From NCBI RefSeq assembly GCF_009914755.1, contig NC_060941.1: a stretch of DNA of 64,000 bases, one strand, 5' to 3'. Below, piece after piece: positions 1-11,500 of the stretch (its first letter is position 1; every line of letters starts with the position of its first letter). The stretch is from the human T2T-CHM13v2.0 reference genome, Homo sapiens. The notes beneath the pieces were generated by a model. The model was not told the DNA's origin. It saw only the letters and a program-made list of their open reading frames with translations, and did no database searches. The translations under genes and the position numbers were made by a program.

Positions 1-340
1 GTGGTGGAAAAGGAAATATCTTCACCTAAATACTAGATAGAAGCATTCTCAGAAACTGCTTTGTGATGATTGCATTCACCTCACAGAGTTGAACATTCCT
101 ATTGATAGAGCAGTTTGGAAACACTCTTGTTGTGGAATGTGCAAGTGGAGATTTGGAGCGCTTTGAGGCCTATGGTAGTAAAGGGAATAGCTTCATAGAA
201 AAACTAGACAGAAGCATTCTCAGAAAATACTTTGTGATGATTGAGTTTAACTCACAGAGCTGAACATTCCTTTTGATGGAGCAGGTTTGAGACACACCTT
301 TTGTAGAATCTACAAGTGGATATTTGGACCTCTCTGAGGA

Positions 341-357
341 TTTCGTTGGAAACGGGA
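341..357 (+). other. CENP-B box, intact (recurs in each HOR)
   Basis: tttcgttggaaacggga matches the canonical 17-bp box (core nTTCGnnnnAnnCGGGn). Confidence 0.95.
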
Positions 358-506
358 TAACTGCACCTAACTAAACGGAAGCATTCTCAGAAACTTCTTG
401 GTGATGTTTGCATTCAAATCCCAGAGTTGAACCTTCCTTTGATAGTTCAGGTTTGAAACACTCTTTTTGTAGGATCTGCAAGTGGATATTTGGACCACTC
501 TGTGGC

Positions 507-523
507 CTTCGTTCGAAACGGGT
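507..523 (+). other. CENP-B box, variant with intact core
   Basis: cttcgttcgaaacgggt retains TTCG....A..CGGG. Confidence 0.85.
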
Positions 524-1020
524 ATATCTTCGCATAAAATCTAGACAGAAGCCTTCTCAGAAACTTCTCTGTGATGATTGCATTCAACTCACAGAGTTGA
601 ACCCTCCTATGGATAGAGCAGTGTTGAAACTCTCTTTTTGTGGAATCTGCAAGTGGATATGTGGACCTCTCCGAAGATGTCTTTGGAAACGGGAATATCT
701 TCACATAAAAACTAAACAGAAGCATTCTCAGAAACTTCTCTGTGATGTTTGTGTTCAACTCCCAGAGTTTCACATTGCTTTTCATAGAGTAGTTCTGAAA
801 CATGCTTTTCGTAGTGTCTACAAGTGGACATTTGGAGCGCTTTCAGGCCTGTGGTGGAAAACGAATTATGGTCACATAAAAACTGGAGAGAAGCATTGTC
901 AGAAACTTCTTTGTGATGATTGCATTCAACTCACAGAGTTGAAGGTTCCTTTTCAAAGAGCAGTTTCCAATCACTCTTTGTGTGGAATCTGCAAGTGGAT
1001 ATTTGGACCTATTTTGAAGA

Positions 1021-1037
1021 TTTCGTTGGAAACGGGA
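1021..1037 (+). other. CENP-B box, intact
   Basis: tttcgttggaaacggga. Confidence 0.95.
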
Positions 1038-1533
1038 GAATCTTCACAGGAAAGCTAAACAGAAGCATTCTCAGAAACTTCTTTGTGATGCTTGCATTCA
1101 ACTCACAGAGTTGAACTTTCCTTTCGAGAGAGAAGCTTTGAAACACTCTTTTTCCAGAATCTGCAAGTGGACATTTGGAGGGCTTTGAGGCCTGTGGTGG
1201 AAAAGGAATTATCTTCCCGTAAAAGCTAGATAGAAGCATTCTCAGAAACTACTTTGTGATGATTGCATTCAAGTCACAGAGTTGAACATTCCCTTTGACA
1301 GAGCAGTTTGGAAACTCTCTTTGTGTAGAATCTGCAAGTGGAGATATGGACCGCTTTGAGGCCTATGGTAGTAAAGGAAATAGCTTCATATAAAAGCTAG
1401 ACAGTAGCATTCACAGAAAACTCTTGGTGACGACTGAGTTTAACTCACAGAGCTGAACATTCCTTTGGATGGAGCAGTTTCGAAACACACTATTTGTAGA
1501 ATGTGCAAGTGGATATTTAGGCCTCTCTGTGGA

Positions 1534-1550
1534 TTTCGTTGGAAACGGGA
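1534..1550 (+). other. CENP-B box, intact (first of three in consecutive monomers)
   Basis: tttcgttggaaacggga; the last base is t in six units. Confidence 0.95.
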
Positions 1551-1700
1551 TAAACCGCACAGAACTAAACAGAAGCATTCTCAGAACCTTCTTCGTGATG
1601 TTTGCATTCAACTCACAGTGTTGAACCTTTCTTTGATAGTTCAGGTTTGAAACGGTCTTTCTGTAGAAACTGCAAGTAGATATTTGGGCCGCTCTGAGGA

Positions 1701-1717
1701 TTTCGTTGGAAACGGGA
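1701..1717 (+). other. CENP-B box, intact (second of three)
   Basis: tttcgttggaaacggga. Confidence 0.95.
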
Positions 1718-1868
1718 TAACCCGCACAGAACTAAAACAGAAGCATTCTCAGAACCCTCTTCGTGATGTTTGCATTCAACTCACAGTGCTGAACCTTTCT
1801 TTGATAGTTCAGCTTTGAAACACTCTTTTTGTAGAAACTGCAAGTGGATATTTGGTCCTCTCTGAGGA

Positions 1869-1885
1869 TTTCGTTGGAAACGGGA
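1869..1885 (+). other. CENP-B box, intact (third of three; absent from the 15-mer)
   Basis: tttcgttggaaacggga. Confidence 0.95.
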
Positions 1886-2205
1886 TAAACTGCACAGAAC
1901 TAAACAGAAGCATTCTCAGAACCTTCTTCGTGATGTCTGCATTCAACTCACAGTGTGGAACCTTTCTTTGATAGTTCAGGTTTGAAACACTCTTTTTGTA
2001 GAAACTGCAAGGGGATAATTGCACTCTTTGAGGAGTACCGTAGTAAAGGAAATAACTTCCTATAAAAAGAAGACAGAAGCTTTCTCAGAAAATTCTTTGG
2101 GATGATTGAGTTGAACTCACAGAGCTGAGCATTCCTTGCGATGTAGCAGTTTAGAAACACACTTTCTGCAGAATCTGCAAGTGCATATTTGGACCTCTGT
2201 GAGGA

Positions 2206-2222
2206 ATTCGTTGGAAACGGGA
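2206..2222 (+). other. CENP-B box, intact core, overlapping the HOR-defining EcoRI site (gaattc 2204-2209)
   Basis: attcgttggaaacggga. Confidence 0.9.
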
Positions 2223-2371
2223 TAATTTCAGCTGACTAAACAGAAGCAGTCTCAGAATCTTCTTTGTGATGTTTGCATTCAAATCCCCGAGTTGAACTTT
2301 CCTTTCAAAGTTCACGTTTGAAACACTCTTTTTGCAGGATCTACAAGTGGATATTTGGACCACTCTGTGTC

Positions 2372-2388
2372 CTTCGTTCGAAACGGGT
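2372..2388 (+). other. CENP-B box, variant with intact core
   Basis: cttcgttcgaaacgggt. Confidence 0.85.
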
Positions 2389-2542
2389 ATATCTTCACAT
2401 GACATCTAGACAGAAGCATCCTCAGAAGCTTCTCTGTGATGACTGCATTCAACTCACGGAGTTGAACACTCCTTTTGAGAGCGCAGTTTTGAAACTCTCT
2501 TTCTGTGGCATCTGCAAGGGGACATGTAGACCTCTTTGAAGA

Positions 2543-2559
2543 TTTCGTTGGAAACGGAA
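2543..2559 (+). other. Degenerate CENP-B box (CGGG->CGGA), predicted non-binding
   Basis: tttcgttggaaacggaa lacks a core G. A second degenerate box (tgtctttggaaacggga) lies near 678-694. Confidence 0.8.
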
Positions 2560-5500
2560 TCATCTTCACATAAAAACTATACAGATGCATTCTCAGGAAC
2601 TTTTTGGTGATGTTTGTATTCAACTCCCAGAGTTGAACTTTCCTTTGGAAAGAGCAGCTATGAAACACTGTTTTTCTAGAATCTGCAAGTGGACGTTTGG
2701 AGGGCTTTGTGGTTTGTGGTGGAAAAGGAAATATCTTCACCTAAATACTAGATAGAAGCATTCTCAGAAACTGCTTTGTGATGATTGCATTCACCTCACA
2801 GAGTTGAACATTCCTATTGATAGAGCAGTTTGGAAACACTCTTGTTGTGGAATGTGCAAGTGGAGATTTGGAGCGCTTTGAGGCCTATGGTAGTAAAGGG
2901 AATAGCTTCATAGAAAAACTAGACAGAAGCATTCTCAGAAAATACTTTGTGATGATTGAGTTTAACTCACAGAGCTGAACATTCCTTTGGATGGAGCAGG
3001 TTTGAGACACACCTTTTGTAGAATCTACAAGTGGATATTTGGACCTCTCTGAGGATTTCGTTGGAAACGGGATAACTGCACCTAACTAAACGGAAGCATT
3101 CTCAGAAACTTCTTGGTGATGTTTGCATTCAAATCCCAGAGTTGAACCTTCCTTTGATAGTTCAGGTTTGAAACACTCTTTTTGTAGGATCTGCAAGTGG
3201 ATATTTGGACCACTCTGTGGCCTTCGTTCGAAACGGGTATATCTTCGCATAAAATCTAGACAGAAGCCTTCTCAGAAACTTCTCTGTGATGATTGCATTC
3301 AACTCACAGAGTTGAACCCTCCTATGGATAGAGCAGTGTTGAAACTCTCTTTTTGTGGAATCTGCAAGTGGATATGTGGACCTCTCCGAAGATGTCTTTG
3401 GAAACGGGAATATCTTCACATAAAAACTAAACAGAAGCATTCTCAGAAACTTCTCTGTGATGTTTGTGTTCAACTCCCAGAGTTTCACATTGCTTTTCAT
3501 AGAGTAGTTCTGAAACATGCTTTTCGTAGTGTCTACAAGTGGACATTTGGAGCGCTTTCAGGCCTGTGGTGGAAAACGAATTATGGTCACATAAAAACTG
3601 GAGAGAAGCATTGTCAGAAACTTCTTTGTGATGATTGCATTCAACTCACAGAGTTGAAGGTTCCTTTTCAAAGAGCAGTTTCCAATCACTCTTTGTGTGG
3701 AATCTGCAAGTGGATATTTGGACCTATTTTGAAGATTTCGTTGGAAACGGGAGAATCTTCACAGGAAAGCTAAACAGAAGCATTCTCAGAAACTTCTTTG
3801 TGATGCTTGCATTCAACTCACAGAGTTGAACTTTCCTTTCGAGAGAGAAGCTTTGAAACACTCTTTTTCCAGAATCTGCAAGTGGACATTTGGAGGGCTT
3901 TGAGGCCTGTGGTGGAAAAGGAATTATCTTCCCGTAAAAGCTAGATAGAAGCATTCTCAGAAACTACTTTGTGATGATTGCATTCAAGTCACAGAGTTGA
4001 ACATTCCCTTTGACAGAGCAGTTTGGAAACTCTCTTTGTGTAGAATCTGCAAGTGGAGATATGGACCGCTTTGAGGCCTATGGTAGTAAAGGAAATAGCT
4101 TCATATAAAAGCTAGACAGTAGCATTCACAGAAAACTCTTGGTGACGACTGAGTTTAACTCACAGAGCTGAACATTCCTTTGGATGGAGCAGTTTCGAAA
4201 CACACTATTTGTAGAATGTGCAAGTGGATATTTAGGCCTCTCTGAGGATTTCGTTGGAAACGGGTTAAACCGCACAGAACTAAACAGAAGCATTCTCAGA
4301 ACCTTCTTCGTGATGTTTGCATTCAACTCACAGTGTTGAACCTTTCTTTGATAGTTCAGGTTTGAAACGGTCTTTCTGCAGAAACTGCAAGTAGATATTT
4401 GGACCTCTCTGAGGATTTCGTTGGAAACGGGATAACCCGCACAGAACTAAAACAGAAGCATTCTCAGAACCCTCTTGGTGATGTTTGCATTCAACTCACA
4501 GTGCTGAACCTTTCTTTGATAGTTCAGCTTTGAAACACTCTTTTTGTAGAAAGTGCAAGTGGATATTTGGTCCTCTCTGAGGATTTCGTTGGAAACGGGA
4601 TAAACTGCACAGAACTAAACAGAAGCATTCTCAGAACCTTCTTCGTGATGTCTGCATTCAACTCACAGTGTGGAACCTTTCTTTGATAGTTCAGGTTTGA
4701 AACACTCTTTTTGTAGAAACTGCAAGGGGATAATTGCACTCTTTGAGGAGTACCGTAGTAAAGGAAATAACTTCCTATAAAAAGAAGACAGAAGCTTTCT
4801 CAGAAAATTCTTTGGGATGATTGAGTTGAACTCACAGAGCTGAGCATTCCTTGCGATGTAGCAGTTTAGAAACACACTTTCTGCAGAATCTGCAAGTGCA
4901 TATTTGGACCTCTGTGAGGAATTCGTTGGAAACGGGATAATTTCAGCTGACTAAACAGAAGCAGTCTCAGAATCTTCTTTGTGATGTTTGCATTCAAATC
5001 CCCGAGTTGAACTTTCCTTTCAAAGTTCACGTTTGAAACACTCTTTTTGCAGGATCTACAAGTGGATATTTGGACCACTCTGTGTCCTTCGTTCGAAACG
5101 GGTATATCTTCACATGACATCTAGACAGAAGCATCCTCAGAAGCTTCTCTGTGATGACTGCATTCAACTCACGGAGTTGAACACTCCTTTTGAGAGCGCA
5201 GTTTTGAAACTCTCTTTCTGTGGCATCTGCAAGGGGACATGTAGACCTCTTTGAAGATTTCGTTGGAAACGGAATCATCTTCACATAAAAACTATACAGA
5301 TGCATTCTCAGGAACTTTTTGGTGATGTTTGTATTCAACTCCCAGAGTTGAACTTTCCTTTGGAAAGAGCAGCTATGAAACACTCTTTTTCTAGAATCTG
5401 CAAGTGGACGTTTGGAGGGCTTTGTGGTTTGTGGTGGAAAAGGAAATATCTTCACCTAAATACTAGATAGAAGCATTCTCAGAAACTGCTTTGTGATGAT

Positions 5501-8500
5501 TGCATTCACCTCACAGAGTTGAACATTCCTATTGATAGAGCAGTTTGGAAACACTCTTGTTGTGGAATGTGCAAGTGGAGATTTGGAGCGCTTTGAGGCC
5601 TATGGTAGTAAAGGGAATAGCTTCATAGAAAAACTAGACAGAAGCATTCTCAGAAAATACTTTGTGATGATTGAGTTTAACTCACAGAGCTGAACATTCC
5701 TTTGGATGGAGCAGGTTTGAGACACACCTTTTGTAGAATCTACAAGTGGATATTTGGACCTCTCTGAGGATTTCGTTGGAAACGGGATAACTGCACCTAA
5801 CTAAACGGAAGCATTCTCAGAAACTTCTTGGTGATGTTTGCATTCAAATCCCAGAGTTGAACCTTCCTTTGATAGTTCAGGTTTGAAACACTCTTTTTGT
5901 AGGATCTGCAAGTGGATATTTGGACCACTCTGTGGCCTTCGTTCGAAACGGGTATATCTTCGCATAAAATCTAGACAGAAGCCTTCTCAGAAACTTCTCT
6001 GTGATGATTGCATTCAACTCACAGAGTTGAACCCTCCTATGGATAGAGCAGTGTTGAAACTCTCTTTTTGTGGAATCTGCAAGTGGATATGTGGACCTCT
6101 CCGAAGATGTCTTTGGAAACGGGAATATCTTCACATAAAAACTAAACAGAAGCATTCTCAGAAACTTCTCTGTGATGTTTGTGTTCAACTCCCAGAGTTT
6201 CACATTGCTTTTCATAGAGTAGTTCTGAAACATGCTTTTCGTAGTGTCTACAAGTGGACATTTGGAGCGCTTTCAGGCCTGTGGTGGAAAACGAATTATG
6301 GTCACATAAAAACTGGAGAGAAGCATTGTCAGAAACTTCTTTGTGATGATTGCATTCAACTCACAGAGTTGAAGGTTCCTTTTCAAAGAGCAGTTTCCAA
6401 TCACTCTTTGTGTGGAATCTGCAAGTGGATATTTGGACCTATTTTGAAGATTTCGTTGGAAACGGGAGAATCTTCACAGGAAAGCTAAACAGAAGCATTC
6501 TCAGAAACTTCTTTGTGATGCTTGCATTCAACTCACAGAGTTGAACTTTCCTTTCGAGAGAGAAGCTTTGAAACACTCTTTTTCCAGAATCTGCAAGTGG
6601 ACATTTGGAGGGCTTTGAGGCCTGTGGTGGAAAAGGAATTATCTTCCCGTAAAAGCTAGATAGAAGCATTCTCAGAAACTACTTTGTGATGATTGCATTC
6701 AAGTCACAGAGTTGAACATTCCCTTTGACAGAGCAGTTTGGAAACTCTCTTTGTGTAGAATCTGCAAGTGGAGATATGGACCGCTTTGAGGCCTATGGTA
6801 GTAAAGGAAATAGCTTCATATAAAAGCTAGACAGTAGCATTCACAGAAAACTCTTGGTGACGACTGAGTTTAACTCACAGAGCTGAACATTCCTTTGGAT
6901 GGAGCAGTTTCGAAACACACTATTTGTAGAATGTGCAAGTGGATATTTAGGCCTCTCTGAGGATTTCGTTGGAAACGGGTTAAACCGCACAGAACTAAAC
7001 AGAAGCATTCTCAGAACCTTCTTCGTGATGTTTGCATTCAACTCACAGTGTTGAACCTTTCTTTGATAGTTCAGGTTTGAAACGGTCTTTCTGCAGAAAC
7101 TGCAAGTAGATATTTGGACCGCTCTGAGGATTTCGTTGGAAACGGGATAACCCGCACAGAACTAAAACAGAAGCATTCTCAGAACCCTCTTCGTGATGTT
7201 TGCATTCAACTCACAGTGCTGAACCTTTCTTTGATAGTTCAGCTTTGAAACACTCTTTTTGTAGAAACTGCAAGTGGATATTTGGTCCTCTCTGAGCATT
7301 TCGTTGGAAACGGGATAAACTGCACAGAACTAAACAGAAGCATTCTCAGAACCTTCTTCGTGATGTCTGCATTCAACTCACAGTGTGGAACCTTTCTTTG
7401 ATAGTTCAGGTTTGAAACACTCTTTTTGTAGAAACTGCAAGGGGATAATTGCACTCTTTGAGGAGTACCGTAGTAAAGGAAATAACTTCCTATAAAAAGA
7501 AGACAGAAGCTTTCTCAGAAAATTCTTTGGGATGATTGAGTTGAACTCACAGAGCTGAGCATTCCTTGCGATGTAGCAGTTTAGAAACACACTTTCTGCA
7601 GAATCTGCAAGTGCATATTTGGACCTCTGTGAGGAATTCGTTGGAAACGGGATAATTTCAGCTGACTAAACAGAAGCAGTCTCAGAATCTTCTTTGTGAT
7701 GTTTGCATTCAAATCCCCGAGTTGAACTTTCCTTTCAAAGTTCACGTTTGAAACACTCTTTTTGCAGGATCTACAAGTGGATATTTGGACCACTCTGTGT
7801 CCTTCGTTCGAAACGGGTATATCTTCACATGACATCTAGACAGAAGCATCCTCAGAAGCTTCTCTGTGATGACTGCATTCAACTCACGGAGTTGAACACT
7901 CCTTTTGAGAGCGCAGTTTTGAAACTCTCTTTCTGTGGCATCTGCAAGGGGACATGTAGACCTCTTTGAAGATTTCGTTGGAAACGGAATCATCTTCACA
8001 TAAAAACTATACAGATGCATTCTCAGGAACTTTTTGGTGATGTTTGTATTCAACTCCCAGAGTTGAACTTTCCTTTGGAAAGAGCAGCTATGAAACACTC
8101 TTTTTCTAGAATCTGCAAGTGGACGTTTGGAGGGCTTTGTGGTTTGTGGTGGAAAAGGAAATATCTTCACCTAAATACTAGATAGAAGCATTCTCAGAAA
8201 CTGCTTTGTGATGATTGCATTCACCTCACAGAGTTGAACATTCCTATTGATAGAGCAGTTTGGAAACACTCTTGTTGTGGAATGTGCAAGTGGAGATTTG
8301 GAGCGCTTTGAGGCCTATGGTAGTAAAGGGAATAGCTTCATAGAAAAACTAGACAGAAGCATTCTCAGAAAATACTTTGTGATGATTGAGTTTAACTCAC
8401 AGAGCTGAACATTCCTTTGGATGGAGCAGGTTTGAGACACACCTTTTGTAGAATCTACAAGTGGATATTTGGACCTCTCTGAGGATTTCGTTGGAAACGG

Positions 8501-11500
8501 GATAACTGCACCTAACTAAACGGAAGCATTCTCAGAAACTTCTTGGTGATGTTTGCATTCAAATCCCAGAGTTGAACCTTCCTTTGATAGTTCAGGTTTG
8601 AAACACTCTTTTTGTAGGATCTGCAAGTGGATATTTGGACCACTCTGTGGCCTTCGTTCGAAACGGGTATATCTTCGCATAAAATCTAGACAGAAGCCTT
8701 CTCAGAAACTTCTCTGTGATGATTGCATTCAACTCACAGAGTTGAACCCTCCTATGGATAGAGCAGTGTTGAAACTCTCTTTTTGTGGAATCTGCAAGTG
8801 GATATGTGGACCTCTCCGAAGATGTCTTTGGAAACGGGAATATCTTCACATAAAAACTAAACAGAAGCATTCTCAGAAACTTCTCTGTGATGTTTGTGTT
8901 CAACTCCCAGAGTTTCACATTGCTTTTCATAGAGTAGTTCTGAAACATGCTTTTCGTAGTGTCTCCAAGTGGACATTTGGAGCGCTTTCAGGCCTGTGGT
9001 GGAAAACGAATTATGGTCACATAAAAACTGGAGAGAAGCATTGTCAGAAACTTCTTTGTGATGATTGCATTCAACTCACAGAGTTGAAGGTTCCTTTTCA
9101 AAGAGCAGTTTCCAATCACTCTTTGTGTGGAATCTGCAAGTGGATATTCGGACCTATTTTGAAGATTTCGTTGGAAACGGGAGAATCTTCACAGGAAAGC
9201 TAAACAGAAGCATTCTCAGAAACTTCTTTGTGATGCTTGCATTCAACTCACAGAGTTGAACTTTCCTTTCGAGAGAGAAGCTTTGAAACACTCTTTTTCC
9301 AGAATCTGCAAGTGGACATTTGGAGGGCTTTGAGGCCTGTGGTGGAAAAGGAATTATCTTCCCGTAAAAGCTAGATAGAAGCATTCTCAGAAACTACTTT
9401 GTGATGATTGCATTCAAGTCACAGAGTTGAACATTCCCTTTGACAGAGCAGTTTGGAAACTCTCTTTGTGTAGAATCTGCAAGTGGAGATATGGACCGCT
9501 TTGAGGCCTATGGTAGTAAAGGAAATAGCTTCATATAAAAGCTAGACAGTAGCATTCACAGAAAACTCTTGGTGACGACTGAGTTTAACTCACAGAGCTG
9601 AACATTCCTTTGGATGGAGCAGTTTCGAAACACACTATTTGTAGAATGTGCAAGTGGATATTTAGGCCTCTCTGAGGATTTCGTTGGAAACGGGATAAAC
9701 CGCACAGAACTAAACAGAAGCATTCTCAGAACCTTCTTCGTGATGTTTGCATTCAACTCACAGTGTTGAACCTTTCTTTGATAGTTCAGGTTTGAAACGG
9801 TCTTTCTGTAGAAACTGCAAGTAGATATTTGGACCTCTCTGAGGATTTCGTTGGAAACGGGATAACCCGCACAGAACTAAAACAGAAGCATTCTCAGAAC
9901 CCTCTTCGTGATGTTTGCATTCAACTCACAGTGCTGAACCTTTCTTTGATAGTTCAGCTTTGAAACACTCTTTTTGTAGAAACTGCAAGTGGATATTTGG
10001 TCCTCTCTGAGCATTTCGTTGGAAACGGGATAAACTGCACAGAACTAAACAGAAGCATTCTCAGAACCTTCTTCGTGATGTCTGCATTCAACTCACAGTG
10101 TGGAACCTTTCTTTGATAGTTCAGGTTTGAAACACTCTTTTTGTAGAAACTGCAAGGGGATAATTGCACTCTTTGAGGAGTACCGTAGTAAAGGAAATAA
10201 CTTCCTATAAAAAGAAGACAGAAGCTTTCTCAGAAAATTCTTTGGGATGATTGAGTTGAACTCACAGAGCTGAGCATTCCTTGCGATGTAGCAGTTTAGA
10301 AACACACTTTCTGCAGAATCTGCAAGTGCATATTTGGACCTCTGTGAGGAATTCGTTGGAAACGGGATAATTTCAGCTGACTAAACAGAAGCAGTCTCAG
10401 AATCTTCTTTGTGATGTTTGCATTCAAATCCCCGAGTTGAACTTTCCTTTCAAAGTTCACGTTTGAAACACTCTTTTTGCAGGATCTACAAGTGGATATT
10501 TGGACCACTCTGTGTCCTTCGTTCGAAACGGGTATATCTTCACATGACATCTAGACAGAAGCATCCTCAGAAGCTTCTCTGTGATGACTGCATTCAACTC
10601 ACGGAGTTGAACACTCCTTTTGAGAGCGCAGTTTTGAAACTCTCTTTCTGTGGCATCTGCAAGGGGACATGTAGACCTCTTTGAAGATTTCGTTGGAAAC
10701 GGAATCATCTTCACATAAAAACTATACAGATGCATTCTCAGGAACTTTTTGGTGATGTTTGTATTCAACTCCCAGAGTTGAACTTTCCTTTGGAAAGAGC
10801 AGCTATGAAACACTGTTTTTCTAGAATCTGCAAGTGGACGTTTGGAGGGCTTTGTGGTTTGTGGTGGAAAAGGAAATATCTTCACCTAAATACTAGATAG
10901 AAGCATTCTCAGAAACTGCTTTGTGATGATTGCATTCACCTCACAGAGTTGAACATTCCTATTGATAGAGCAGTTTGGAAACACTCTTGTTGTGGAATGT
11001 GCAAGTGGAGATTTGGAGCGCTTTGAGGCCTATGGTAGTAAAGGGAATAGCTTCATAGAAAAACTAGACAGAAGCATTCTCAGAAAATACTTTGTGATGA
11101 TTGAGTTTAACTCACAGAGCTGAACATTCCTTTGGATGGAGCAGGTTTGAGACACACCTTTTGTAGAATCTACAAGTGGATATTTGGACCTCTCTGAGGA
11201 TTTCGTTGGAAACGGGATAACTGCACCTAACTAAACGGAAGCATTCTCAGAAACTTCTTGGTGATGTTTGCATTCAAATCCCAGAGTTGAACCTTCCTTT
11301 GATAGTTCAGGTTTGAAACACTCTTTTTGTAGGATCTGCAAGTGGATATTTGGACCACTCTGTGGCCTTCGTTCGAAACGGGTATATCTTCGCATAAAAT
11401 CTAGACAGAAGCCTTCTCAGAAACTTCTCTGTGATGATTGCATTCAACTCACAGAGTTGAACCCTCCTATGGATAGAGCAGTGTTGAAACTCTCTTTTTG

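Larger units (their letters stand above)
44..2758 (+). repeat. Representative canonical 16-mer HOR unit
   Basis: Phased on the cattc motif, monomers start at 44, 215, 382, 552, 723, 894, 1066, 1237, 1408, 1576, 1744, 1911, 2080, 2247, 2417 and 2588; the next unit starts at 2759. Reading box type from 215 gives B,B,B*,A,B,A,A,B,B,B,A,B,B,B*,A,A (B* = degenerate box), which fits W1-W2-W3-W4-W3-W4-W5-W1-W1-W1-W5-W1-W2-W3-W4-W5. Confidence 0.92.

Noticed and set aside
408-1058. 216-aa Cys/Lys-rich ORF repeated in almost every unit, plus all other ORFs in the track
   Set aside because: These are translations of alphoid monomers. 171 bp is divisible by 3, giving a 57-aa pseudo-repeat. The ORF begins at a non-ATG codon (ttg), shows no recognisable domain or gene context, and is interrupted by a stop in units 19, 21 and 24. 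The CxxC motifs are not zinc fingers.
1477-1486. Short perfect palindromes (gtttcgaaac at 1477-1486, agaagcttct at 2424-2433) as possible cruciform sites
   Set aside because: They are only 10 bp, and short dyads are commonplace in alpha satellite. The sequence gives no evidence of a special role.
274-1688. Three private SNVs in unit 1 (t274, t1530, g1688) and other singletons (e.g. 20071, 21482)
   Set aside because: Ordinary low-level HOR divergence or possible sequencing error. Unit 1 may relate to units upstream of the window, which cannot be assessed.
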